Shown here: positions 37,761 to 50,420 of the stretch, in pieces
Layout of the letters: every line of letters begins with the position of its first letter
How positions within the stretch are numbered: position 1 is the first letter of the stretch
Assembly (NCBI GenBank): GCA_013239625.1
Contig: MU056262.1
Coordinates: forward strand, 6,982,134-7,046,133
Direction: 5' to 3'
DNA length: 64,000 bases
Source: Lama guanicoe
Taxonomy: Eukaryota
Position numbers and translations under genes: made by a program
Notes under the pieces: model-generated
The model's input: only the letters and a program-made list of their open reading frames with translations
Databases searched by the model: none
What the model was told of the DNA's origin: nothing

Positions 37761-38299
37761 GCCTAATCCAAAAGAGACCCTGGCCCCTCCTAGCCCTGAG
37801 TGGTTGGCTTTACAAAAACCAAGCCTGCGCCAGGACCCAGGAGCCCTTTGGAAAGGGAAGCACAATTTTCACGCTGGGACCTGCCCCTGTTCTCCCACAC
37901 TATGTGAGTTCCAGGGCTGATTCTGGTCTGTGTCCAGTCTGATTCGGGTGTAGCCTTCTCTGTAATAGATTTTCCCAGCCCCTTATCACAGTGCCTGTTC
38001 TTGTTATGGCAACAGCTGTGAATGTCTCAGTGGATGGGTCGTGCCCCTCGATTAGTTATCTCTGCTCCATTTCTCAGTGTTGTTTCAGTTGGCCGGAGGG
38101 GGCTCTCATCACGGGGAGAAGAGGATGGGAATGCTACTGAGTATCAGCTAACCTTCTTCCCCTCTCACTAAGACGCTATGAACAAACATTAGCCTGCTTT
38201 AAGCTAAGGGCTAAGACTTGTGTTTGATTCCTCATGATCCTAGATGCCCAGGACAAATCAACCGGCAGTCCCTTAGAGCAGACTGTAAAGTCACAATGT

Positions 38300-38530
38300 A
38301 TAATGCCTAGTTATGGGCGTTGAGAGTCAGGCAGACCTGTGTTCATGCCCTGTCTCTTCTACATCCTAGCTCTGTGTTTTCACAAAGTAATTAATTTACT
38401 TGGTCTTTAGTTTCCTTAATTGTAAAATGAGGACCACAACACATACCTTTTATGCTTATTTTGTAGATTCAACAGTGCAGACACTTAAAGCATCTTGAGA
38501 GTAATTTGACATAGGCAGGCACTTAATACA
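38300..38530 (+). mobile_element. MIR
   Basis: gagtcaggcagacctgtgttcatgccc...tttagtttccttaattgtaaaatgagga. Confidence 0.8.
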
Positions 38531-39480
38531 CAGGTGACACCATCACCACCACCACCATATAAAATAAAACATATTAAATAAAGTTGACATTACACACGTC
38601 TGACAGACACAAGCACCTAATTCTAGCTGTGGCTCCCCCCAAAATCACAATGGGACTTTGGACAAGTTACTGGACTTTCATTGGCTTCAGCTTCACATCA
38701 TATGCCAGAAGGGAGCAGATTTGATGATCTATCTATGAACATAACCTGTGGTTTCTTGAATAAGATTAATGCCCATGTACACACTACTCTTTCTCTGGAT
38801 AACCACTCAGTGACAGTGCTGTGTAAAAACACAGTAGCAATGAACTTTATTACATACCTTCAGGGTTTCAGACGAGATAACAAAAGCTTTTTCTTAACTT
38901 AAATTTTCCTAAAGCTTTCCCACTAGCAGCTTTTCTCTCAGTCGGGTAGTGTGTGTCAATGTGGATTTTCAGCTATCAGAGAATTTGTACTGAAGCATCC
39001 CCATGGTCTCTTTAAGAGAAGGAGAGTGCTTAATTTTCTTCTATGTTTTCTCAGCCCCTGTCACGTTGCATGACCCATGGTTGGTTATGTGCACTTATTT
39101 ATTAGTTGAATAAATAGAAGAATAAGTGAATAGGCACCGAATGAATGAACAGACATCTGTAATTGCTCCTAATGTTTACATGGACTCAAGGAATACGGAG
39201 GTAAAAATTTTCAGGGTACCATAGGACCTTAGGGACAAAAGGAATTTAAAGTCTCTTCTTGTAATGCTGAGAATCTTTCTACAGTGTTCTGACAAGGCTT
39301 GTCTATGTCAAGGGATGGAGAACCCAGTGCCTCCCATGGCAGTGCATTTCACTTTCACACAACTATGACTGCAAGGGGGGCCTTTCTTCTCTTATTGAGC
39401 CTGCGTCTGTCTTCTGGTGCAATTAGAAGAGGTAACAGGCATATAGACCTCTCATCTATGGGCAGAACAATTGACCAAAG

Positions 39481-39482
<2 letters not shown>

Positions 39483-39516
<34 letters not shown>
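39483..39516. repeat. (GT)17 microsatellite
   Basis: Read directly from the sequence. Confidence 0.97.
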
Positions 39517-39518
<2 letters not shown>

Positions 39519-40894
39519 GAGGAGATGTCATGTGATGGGGTCAGCAAGGTCCAAAGAACTGTGTTTGACCTTGTGATGGTATTCAGAGCCGACCAGACCT
39601 AGGAAAGTAATTCACACCAACAAAGTTTACAGGATACAAATATATAAACTTGGTCACAATTTTTTAACTGTGGAACTTTCTTTCTACATTACCACAGTAC
39701 ACCCATGTGCTATTCCAGGCACATGAGAAGTCAGCCTGAACCTCAGGAGGGATCAGTGTGGTGATTCTGAGACCTGTTTGTTCCAGGCTCTGGAGAGGTG
39801 AATGAGACATTCTCCATGGCGTCAGAGGATGTCCCTCAGAGGGTGGAACACGGAGGGTCCTCCAGGTCAGATTCACTTTCATGAGAGAGATCCACTACAT
39901 AAACTGCCCTGAGCTTCCCTTTTCTGCCCCTCGTGTAGACCACGTTCTGTCTCTTGCAGGATATGAGAGATTTATTTGTACCTTCAGTGCAACTCAGAAT
40001 AAACTGGGTCAATGTTTTCTTCCCCTTTTCATTGTTAGGGATGGAGTTAGGCATGTTTCCAGTGACGGATCACTTTGTAACTTGTATTACGGCTTTGGAT
40101 ATGCCAACACAGCTATGTCAGTCTCAGATACACCCTGGTCATCTTGATAAACTCATGCCTTCCTACATTCCCTTGGCCTCCTGTTTCCTGACTTTTCTAG
40201 GGTCTTGGATCGGGCATGTTTACACATGCATGGTATCATTCATTGTTTGAGGATTTAATCAGGATAACTGTCAGAGAGAGGCAGGAATGATAAATTGGTT
40301 TCCTCAGTATTCCTTCTGGTCCTCTTCTCCCTGTTGACTTCATCTAGTGTAGAGACATTCCCCAGCCTCCACGGAGCTAGAGACGGCCATGTAACACCAT
40401 CCTGGACAATGAGCTGTAAGTGGAAATCCTTCATGCTTCCTCCTTCCTCTGCCCTAAACTGTGTAGACTGATATGGTCCTATACCCACTAATAAATCGAG
40501 TCTATAGGATTTGGATCCAAGCTGTGACCTGGAGTGTTCTAGACGCATTCCTTCTACCTTGGAATCCTCCTGGCCTCTCAGCTATAACTCAGCCTCTTGA
40601 AGATCTGAGCTTCTGTCTTCCCAGCTGCTGGAGTTCTCATCCTGTGTGACCTGGCCCCAACCTCTGAGAGAGTAACATGGCAGGTATTTCTCTTGCATGG
40701 TTACTAGTGGAAGAGACAGATGTGTAAACTCACCAATCAGGAAATGTGATGGCTTACCAACTTGGCCAAAGAAAATGCAAAGACTCAATAGATAATTTCA
40801 TTCCAACAAGTCTAGGCATACCAAAGAGGAGAGTGCCTTTTAATCCTAAAGGTATGAAGCTTTTAAGGTAGTTTAAAAGGCAGAGTGATTTAGA

Positions 40895-41120
40895 GTAATC
40901 TTTGGAGTCAGGTCAATTTAAGTTTTAAATATTGGCTCCAACACTTCCAGTTGCTGTGTTAGTCTGGGCTGATTACTTAACCTCTCTCAGCCATATGTCA
41001 AACGGGAACCATGGAAGAACCTAATCATAAGGTTGAAAGGGACTCAATAAAACAATACATGTAAAGCAGCTGATAAAGTGTCTGCTATCTAGTAAAGTGC
41101 TTAATGAATGACAGTTATTT
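40895..41120 (+). mobile_element. MIR
   Basis: tttggagtcagg...ctgggctgattacttaacctctctcagcc...gtgcttaatgaatgacagttatt. Confidence 0.8.
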
Positions 41121-42679
41121 CTGTGATAACTGAGCTATTGATGATTGTCAAGCTATTTTATTATTAAGACATTAATATTTATTAAGTTTTAACTTTTTGT
41201 TTAGTAGAGAAAGGTGAAGTTTTATATCTAATAATTGATAAATAATGGTGTTAGTTCCCAATAAGCTTAGACGGGGAAGGCTGATTTAGTCACCAGCAGG
41301 TCATTTTTACAAAGCCACAATGGGTGACTTCATTGTTACTGTAAGCTTGTTGGACGAGAATGTCAGGGGCTAATTTCTTCACCTCAGGTCCAGAACTCTT
41401 AGCTTTGTCCCTTTGGTTACAGGGACAGCACGTGGCTTGGGTAAAGGAAGAGAGGGGAATGTGCTAGAAATGCAGTGGCCATGCCCTTCATTCCCGCCTA
41501 GGTTCCTGGCCGCCCCACTGAGCTGCCATGTGGCTCTTCCTTTCCCATTCCCAGCCATAGACAGGACTGAAGATGGCTAGAGTGAGGGGGCTCCTCAGAG
41601 ATCATCTAGTCACACTTCCCACTGTTCCAGATGGGTAAACTGACATCCAGAGAAAAGACATGATGAATGGAGAGTATACTTCCTGTTGTTCAGATTATTA
41701 TTTTTTACTTTTTATTTCCTGATCATTTTTTTTCTGCTGCACACTAAATGCTGACCCACTCATGTGATCAATATCTGCTATCAAATGAGAAAATAGTTCT
41801 TTCCAGTTGGGAGATGATTAATCTTGAGCCCCAATATCCTGATGAAGGAACCAAAATAGTTTAGGCAATTGGGTGTCAACACCAAAAGTAACTCATACAT
41901 ATGCTAAGACAAGAGATCCTGTAATTCTCCATATGGCCTGTCAATACCAAAGAGGTCAAGAGTTGCCTTTGCATGAGGAGAAAATTTTTGGCAACGATAA
42001 ATGTGACCTGACCCCCTCCCCCAGGAAGGCCATGGATATCAGCCAGACATTCTCATAGCATCCATCATTAGGAAGATGTGTCATACACATATTTTAAAGT
42101 CAGAATCAGGAATATCTTTTCCTGATTGTGTGGACATAGATATGTTATCTGAACTTTCTGTGCCTTGGTTTTCTCATTTGAGAAGTGAATGTGTAGTTCT
42201 AGCTGCTTTCCCAGATGACTTGTTGCTCACAGAATCTGATTCTAGTTGGTTTTTTTCAAGTGAATGATCCTTCTTTTTTTCTTTTTTAAACCGGCTGTAC
42301 TGAGTGTGACTTCAAAGGGAAGCCATGTTAATAGAAAGGGAGGGAATCTGTCCCCGACTTCCTGCCCTAGCGGCCACAGCCTCCGGGGTGGATCCCGGCT
42401 CAGCCTGGGTGGGAAGAGGTGTGTCTGAGGCCTGGTTTCTGTCTCATTCGCTCTTGGAGAAAATTCAGCTCTTATTTTTGGCATCCCTTGGGCAAGTATA
42501 GAGAAAACTCAAAGGGTGGGGGGAAAACCCATGTTTTTTAATCACTGGTTTCTGAGGCAGTGCCTCCATGTGTTCCTTTTTCAGTACCAATGTTTCTCTC
42601 AAACTGTCCGTTGCAAGTTGTTTTCTTGTCTCTAGTTCATCTTCAGATCTTGTTTCTTCTCAACAACATGGCTTGTGAT

Positions 42680-43268
42680 TTTATAGCAGCATACCATAGT
42701 CTGGGTTTAAACAACAGAAATTTATTTCATTTTTGTTTTGTTTTGTTTTTGTTGTTTTATTTTATTTTATTTTTAACATTTTTTATTGATTTATAATCAT
42801 TTCACAATGTTGTGTCAAATTCCAGTGTAGAGCACAATTTTTCAGTTAAACATGAACATATATATATTCATTGTCACATTTTTTTCTCTGTGAGCTACCA
42901 TAAGATCTTGTATAACAGAAGTGTATTTCTCATGGTTCTAGGGGCTAGAAGTTTGAGATCATGGTGTCAGCAGGTTTAGTTTATTCTGAGGCCTCTCTCC
43001 TTGGCTTGCAGATGGCTGTTTTCTTGCTGTGTCTTCATATGGTCCTTTCTCTGTGTGAACATGCCTCTGGTATCCCTCTTTTGTTCCCAAATTTCCAGTT
43101 TTTATAAGGATACTGGTCAGATTGGATTAGGGTCTTTCCTAATGGCTTCCTTTCAACTTAATTGTCTCTCTAAAGTCCTTATCTCCAAATACAGTCACAT
43201 TCTGAGGTACTTGGACTTAGGTCTTCAACATATTAATTTGGAAGGTGGGCACAATTCAGCCCATAACA
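42680..43268 (-). mobile_element. MLT1A/B-type MaLR LTR, split by a young L1 3' end
   Basis: ttaaacaacagaaatttattt...gaggcctctctccttggcttgcagatggc...tctccaaatacagtcacattctgaggtact...acaattcagcccataaca. Confidence 0.9.
42729..42913 (-). mobile_element. Young 5'-truncated L1 3' end (camelid-type) with TSD
   Basis: T-rich tail, then ttttaacattttttattgatttataatcatttcacaatgttgtgtcaaattccagtgtagagcac. Flanked by aacagaaatttatttc (42713-42728) and aacagaagtgtatttc (42914-42929). Confidence 0.85.
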
Positions 43269-43544
43269 GTTACCGTTTCATTATTTTACAGTTTATTAAG
43301 TCACAAGAACATGAATTTGTGGTTGTTCTAGTTTGTCTCCTAAATCTGTAATCATGTCATAATATTTGGGCTTCTCTAACCAGAGACATTTGTGAAATAC
43401 AGTACTGTGTGGTCAGGGTGATATGGCATTGAAGTTAGACTCAAAAAGAATCACCAGTGAGAAAGTCAGCCCTAGGTCCCTTGTCATTTCTTCATGTTCC
43501 TCCATTTCTCCCGTCTTTGCATTAAGCAATAAGACTAAATAATT

Positions 43545-44035
43545 TTGTCATCAGTAGGTCTTGCTGGGCCCAACCTGTTTTCTCTTCTCTTGGTTACAGA
43601 GATCTTTTTTGCCATTTGGAACACTCTGCTCCTTTATTGTTAGTCTTTGTGATTTCTATGGGTCTGACATCGCTGCAGGCTCCAGGAGTGGAGACGTGAT
43701 CCACTCATGGCCTAAATGTAGAACATCTACCTGGACTCAATATTTCACTCAGGGTTTCTCCCTATAAGTCAAAATGCTGCTGAAACAAAGAAGAGACACT
43801 CTGCCCTCTACAGATTCTAGACACTTAACGAACAGCTAAGCCACATGCCATCTTGGCTGCTTTATAGTGTTCAGCTGGAAATGAAGTTGACCCAGAGGAT
43901 ATCAGAACCAAGAAATGAGTAGGAAACAACATCACTTGAGGCCATATCTGAAGCCGTGTGGGTAACTTCCTGGGTATGTGAGTAAACCCCCTTTTTAGTT
44001 GCATATAGTTTGAGTTATGTGGCCGTCACTTACCT
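43545..44035 (+). mobile_element. LTR16-type ERVL LTR remnant
   Basis: gccatcttggctgc...gccatatctgaagcc...tatgtgagtaaaccccctttttagttgcatatagtttgagtt...gtcacttac. Confidence 0.55.
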
Positions 44036-44134
44036 GACTATAGGGATTGGTCTGTAATCCAAATTTGACCCAAAGGCTCATGCTTTTTCAAGTAAACTAC
44101 AGGTGAAGAACAAGTGCTTCCGCCTAGATGTGTA

Positions 44135-44962
44135 TTATCTTCGGTTAGTTCCTCCAGAAACAAACCCTGAAGTAAAGATCTGGTTATAATCAGTGGTGGG
44201 CGACGTGCTTGTCACAGGCTCACAGCCATTCAGCTCTACCACGACAGGATCTCCTCCAGATCAGCAGTGTCCTGGGCAGCCCAGTCACCACCACATGTGC
44301 ACAGGCTCATCAAAGACACCAGTGCCCTCTAGCTCTCACTGGAGCCTGGAAGCTCCTTGGCTCCTAGACCTTGGCTTCTGGGGATTGTACTGTTGAGAAT
44401 CTCTGTTACTCAAAGAAGACAGCCTTGGGGCTCTGGAAACCTGCTTTGGGTTCTTGGGTGAGATTTGCAAGGGGCATCCTTGACTTCCTCATTTTGCAGT
44501 TGCCAAATTCTAGGCATCCTCTTAAATTTCCTGGCAGTGAAGTCCAGTCTTCCACTGTCTCTCCTGGGGTCACCTTAGTGGATGATTCAGGAAGCACCAT
44601 TAGAAGAGAGGAGAAATAAGTCAAGGAAGGGAAGGAATGCAATAGTGCTATTCCCCAGCTTGCTACAGGGAGAAATCAGGGTTCATTCTCCCTGGAGAAC
44701 TTTCAGATACAGTGTTAAATGGCCTCCTGTGTTATGTTCCTTAAGAGCAAGAAAGTTGGAATATTTTCCACCAAATCCTTTCAGTTATTGGTTTAGAACT
44801 TTTCCCTTGGGCACTTAATTCCCAGGCATTTCTGCCTTGCTAAGCAGGCTCTGGTGGCTGGAGAACATCTTTGGGCAAAGAGTTGCAGCTGCTTGCATTT
44901 GGAAGCCATCCACTTGGAAATGGCAAGTGTTGAGGGGATGTGGGCAGAATCTAGACAGTACT
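44135..44962 (-). mobile_element. LTR33-like ERVL LTR split by an unidentified ~380-bp insert
   Basis: tcttcggttagttcctccagaaacaaaccctga...cagt, then ttagtggatgattcaggaagcacc...aaggaagggaaggaatgcaatag; the two pieces are consecutive in the recalled consensus. Confidence 0.65.
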
Positions 44963-46138
44963 AAATAAAGTCAGAGTCCAGTGATGACAATTGCCTGAGC
45001 CCTAGGTAGACTCATGGGGTTATGATGGGCACAGAGAGAGAGGGGATCTTAGATACAATTAAAGAGCAAGAATGAAGAATGAAAGAGTAAGAACAAAGAT
45101 GTAGGAAAACAGCAGTACCTAATGTGGCTGTGTAGGAATTTGACGGGACATAGGAGCCAGGAATCATCCTGTAAAAGTGACCCAAACTAGATTGTAAAGG
45201 GCACAGCTTAAAAAACAACAAAACCCCAAAAAACCTCTCAGAACAGTTTGATTCACATGGAGGCATTACCACCGTAAAAGAGGGTTATCATTCTCCACAC
45301 TGATTTAGAGAAGGTTCTCCTTTGGAAATAGTCAAAGTAAAATCTCCCCCAAATTTGTCTGTGAGTTTGGTATAAAACATACTCCATTTTGATGTAATCT
45401 TATGGTGCCAATTGCAGACCTTCTGGAGACTATGATCCTGACCAAATCCACCTCTGTAGAACCTCTCTCAATATCCGGTATGCAGACAGTTTTTGAAGAA
45501 TGTTTGTGAAATAAAGTAAAGGAATTTACGTAGATGATTCATAGGACCCACAACTATATCAAAGCTGTCATTCATGCTGAGAACCCCCTTTAGACCATCA
45601 GTATGGTGGCTCTGTCCGCTCACCTGGGGGGAGCTAAGGGGGGTTCTGTGAGCAATCACACTCAGAGTAGCTGATGGTAGATGCAGATGTTTTACAGACA
45701 TATGATGTCCTAAACATAGGAACATTTTAAGGTTTTGATACTGAAAACAAACAAACAAACAAACAAGACTTGGAAGCAGGTTTCCAGACATCGTATCTCT
45801 GGTAATCCTCCTTGCCTTGAAGCTCTCGTTGATATTGACACAGCCAGTCCAGCTCTTTTATGATAGATAGCATTTCTTTTACAACTTCTTTCCATCTTTT
45901 CTACTTTCAACCTGTCTGGGTTTGCTAGGCCACACAATTCACAGCTGGTGGGGGCTGATATTTAAACCCAGATGTCTTGGACCCCAGAACCCAGGCCCTT
46001 GGTTTCCACACGCTTTGTCTTCCATAACCATCATGTGGACTTAAAGGGATCACATCAGGTCATTTAGAAAATGTACCCTTCCAGGTATGAACTCATCCCC
46101 ATCCTGTGCTTATTAACTCCTTTCTTCCCACATGTGCA

Positions 46139-46388
46139 GGGTTTAGTACAAAAAGGGCCAAACACTAACGTTGTGTGTATCACTTTTGCTAATGAATCAA
46201 ACTTTCAGATGATGACTTTGGATCCATTATTACTTTCTCTAATAATGTCTAATTTATAAAACTGGTGCGGGTTTAGTACAAAAAGGGCCAAACACTAACG
46301 TTGTGTGTATCACTTTTGCTAATGAATCAAACTTTCAGATGATGACTTTGGATCCATTATTACTTTCTCTAATAATGTCTAATTTATA
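46139..46388 (+). repeat. Perfect 120-bp near-tandem duplication (46139-46258 = 46269-46388)
   Basis: gggtttagtacaaaaagggcc...aataatgtctaatttata is repeated with period 130. Confidence 0.97.
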
Positions 46389-48514
46389 CATTTCTCACAG
46401 GTCCTGTAGGTTAATTTACTGGGGGGCGGGGCCAGGGAAAGTGAGTAAAAACCTATTAGTCTTTTTTTCTGCCTCGGAAATTATAGACTTGGATATTACT
46501 ATGAGGCAACATTAATAATGCATTTATCATTTCAAGCCCTTAACCTCTTAAGTTCTTCAAACAGAATTAAAAGAATCCTGAACTACTAAATAATTGCATT
46601 ATGCGGCTGAATGGAGAGGGCGAACACCTCTAAAATGACACTAATCTATTTATTCTCCTCCTCACAGTCTCACCACTCAGAGCGGGGTGGACGCTGTTGC
46701 TCCACTCTGTTTCTGCATCGCAGCTTCTTTGGAACTTTTCCCCAGTTAGGTACCGACGCGTCTTCCCCTAGTTGTCTCTAGACTAGCAGCCACAAGCAGA
46801 AGGCCTGACAGTTGACATACAGGCGTGGTTAATTGTGCAGCTTCTCTTTGTAAACACATCCCTCTGTGTTTTTGTTTTATTTTTTCTCTCTTCTCTGTAG
46901 TTGTTTGGAGGCATGAGGACATATTCATAGAGCTTATGCTTCAGTGTGTATCATTTTGTCAATGACTTCATGGCCCAGCCAAGGCTGGCCTAGGTTCAGG
47001 GGCTGCCGATTGTCCCCTTGGGGTCCTGTCCTGGCCCCCCTTTTTATACCAATGCTGGTCAAGGCTGAGAATATCCTACAGAACTGATCACCACCTTCAA
47101 AGCAAACCTGGAATTAGTCTTGCTGCCCCAGAGTGTGTATCTGGGGCAGGACAGGAGGGCATCTCAGCACCACGGCACTCATCCACATGTGCTCTTTCAC
47201 AAACAACTGTTTTTTTTCTCCTCCTTAATTTTAGTGACGACTTCCAATTCCAGTCTTATCCCTTCCTGAATACAGGGCTGCTTAGTTAGCACTCCAACTC
47301 CTAAGCAGTTACCAAGCCCTCACCAGTTCAGAGCCATTCCTTCTACCCAAGCTAACTGTAGGCACTCTGTTTCATTTACTGAAAAACTGAATAGATGATT
47401 AATAAATGAATGTATGAGCGAATGACCCCCAATCCAGATTCCCTACCTGGTGATGGCTGTTGCACTACTACAACTTATGAACATAAGCTCAGCTCTTCTT
47501 GGGGTACCCTGCTCAGAGGACGGGGCCCTTTCCCACCACCAATATTTCACTTTATTCTACTGATCTCCTTCTAAGAACCCGTCTGCTTTACCACTGACTA
47601 AGTTCTGCCTACCTGGCCTCCCCACTCCCCCGCTGCCCACCTGGTTGGTGGCAGAGCCAACAGATACCATGATAAATTCTGATTAATCCCTTCATGATGC
47701 CCAAATATTTGAGTGGCTGGTAGGTTTGATTAGCTGAGTGAAAGTCTCATTAACAGCTGAAATACATTTTTCATCCACAAAGTATCTGAAGAATGTTGAT
47801 AAAATATGCCATTTTGTATTTCCCATAAATTAAACTCTCAGGCATACAGATCCACCTAGATATATATTCCAAACTCCTTTTCTTCCTCTGATTTCTCTCC
47901 CTTTTCTGCTCTTCCATAGTTACTCCAGGCCTTATTCTATATCTGTACCCTGGATCCTGACTCATGCTTAAAGGGTTAAGTCTTCTCAGAAACTTCAGAC
48001 TGGAGTAGCCACGAGACACACTCACCTTTATCTTTTAATAGGGGTGGACTCTTTGTTTTTATCCTAACAAAGTCTCTGTTGCTTTATTTTTCCTTCCCCA
48101 AAACCACCTCCACACAAAACTTAGGAGAGGAAGGATAAAGACATGGGTGAGGGGTATAGATCATCCTAGTTTGCAACCTTGGATTCCTCACCAGGGACTT
48201 TATGAAATGTGCTTTGAAAAGCATTCAAGATTCACAATGCTTCCTGTACATTTTTTTCTCACCTTTTCTAGGATGGCTTAAGTGGATATTTGGTCATTTG
48301 GGAAGGATAGAGGGAGATTCTTAAGATTTTATGAAATGGATACCAAAGGCCAACCAAAGTTAGACAATTCATCTATGGTCCCATAAGAGTTGTGTAATTT
48401 AAGAACACCAGGATTTCTCCTATTTTGTGATTTCTTTTTCTTTTTCACTCTGCCTTGTGGCAACAGTGAAGTCCAGTATTATCCGTTAAAGTACCTCCTC
48501 TGTGGGAGACTCAA

Positions 48515-48553
48515 ATGTGTGCATGCACGCGCACACACACACACACACACACA
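48515..48553. repeat. Alternating purine-pyrimidine tract ending in (CA)n
   Basis: atgtgtgcatgcacgcgcacacacacacacacacacaca. Confidence 0.95.
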
Positions 48554-48684
48554 ACTCTCCTCTGTCACAACTCTCCTGTTTCAGTCCCTGGAACTGTTTC
48601 ATAGCCACAGAGTTGAGGTTTGTCCCACCCTTGCTAATCCTGATTTTTAAATAAGGGTATGAGATGTTCAAAAATACATGTTGC

Positions 48685-48744
48685 TCTTACAATCTGAAAA
48701 TGAACTTTACAATCTGAAGATCTTACAGTCTGAAAATGAACTTT
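48685..48744 (+). repeat. Short compound tandem repeat (ttacaatctgaa-type unit x3)
   Basis: tcttacaatctgaaaatgaacttt, a partial copy, then tcttacagtctgaaaatgaacttt. Confidence 0.9.
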
Positions 48745-50014
48745 GTTTTAGTTAAGTTTCACCTTGTCCTGGTGCCATTCTGTTTAACTGCAGGACAGTG
48801 AAGGCAGTAGATTCTCTTTGAGATTCTCCAGCAGTCCCCTTCATGTTTGTGGTGCCATTCATGCATTATTCCAGTTGCAAAAACTCTCAGAAATATCTTC
48901 ATTTGACACGTAAGGATATCAAGCCTTAGGTAAATTTACTGACTAGGTCTAAGACACATGGCTAATAAATAACACATGAGGAATTTAGAATCCAGGATTA
49001 TGATCTGACCCCCAGACTAGCATGTTTCACTGATCTTCATTAGAAAACCTCGTTTTCATTTTCACATTCTGCTGTTTTCACTGTCAACCTGAATTTTATG
49101 TCTTTCTTATGCTACATACAGAAAATATAGAAAAAAATTGAGGGAAGAAGGAAACAAAAAAAAAAGGAGAGAGAGAGCACTTCCCGTAGTCTCAGCTTCC
49201 AAACCAAACCACATTATTATTTTTAGGGTAAATTGGAGCTGCATGATCGGTGCTAAGTGAGACCACGTCCATTAGAAACCCAAGAGCAGTGATTACAGGT
49301 GATTGGAGAGCATTTTCATTGGCTGTTGTGTTTGGATTGCTTTTCTGTCTTAATCGTAAAGGATCTGACCATTGAGTGGTGAAATTCTACTCCTAGTATG
49401 AGCCGAGTGCCTCTCATATTGGCATATCTTGTGAAGCGAATTAGCCATCTAATAGCTCACACGATGACATGAAGAGAAGTCAAATGTAGCACTGATTTCC
49501 CAGGAGGCTTCCAAGTAGATCAAGTAACACTAAAATAAAATTGTCAAACTAGAAAATGGTTCTCATCAGAATATTTTGTTTTCTCTCCTATAAATAAATG
49601 GCTTAGACCAGTTCAAGAGCTTCACAGGCTGTGGAAGGCATAGCTTCGTGTGGTTCCACAAAGTGCTTGTTACCATTTTTTATACTTGTCTGTAACATGA
49701 GGTCAGTCATTTGGAGACTAGAAATTGGTTTAAGCTTGAGAATTCTCCCCCATCCCTGGATTTTGCCCTTTCCCTTTGAGAAAGACAAAAATAACCATGA
49801 TAAAACTGACTCCCAGCTTCCTGAAGTTCTACTGCCCGGAGAGTGTTTAAGGAGCTTGTCTCAGAACCTGCAAACTTCTTTTTGCTTGGCTACTTGACTT
49901 ACCATCTGGTACAGGGGATTCCCAATCATAAAAATATTGGAAGAACAATTGTAATAGTTCTTAAGAATACATGCTCCCCATTTCCTATGAGAGAACTGTT
50001 GCAGAACATATGTT

Positions 50015-50420
50015 GCATAAAAAATACTGCATTTGGAATAAGAGAGACCTGGGCTTAAATCCCAGCTGTGTGTCTTTGGGCAAGCCACTTCTCCTTTTCG
50101 AGTATCAGTGTCCTCATTCATATAATGGAGTCACAGATTCTTAGTTTTATTATTAAGTGTATTGGTAAGATTTAAAAGCCAACATTTACTAAGTGTTCAT
50201 TCTGTGCCAGGTATGATGCTAAGCATTTTTTGGATATTTTTTGATTTATCTTCACAAAACCCTCTTTTGCAATATCTTTATCCTTCCTTTGTTGTTGTTC
50301 CTTGCAAATGAGAAACTGAGGCTTAGAGATATTAAGTTCATTATCTAAGGTTACTATACTATTACGTGGCAGAGCCAGAGAATTCAAATTCTCATGTTCC
50401 TGCCCTGGGATTCTCGCTTT
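50015..50420. mobile_element. Oppositely oriented MIR pair (+ ~50015-50135, - ~50175-50420)
   Basis: gacctgggcttaaatcccagctgtgtgtctttgggcaagccact and gcaaatgagaaactgaggcttagagatattaag. Confidence 0.8.
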
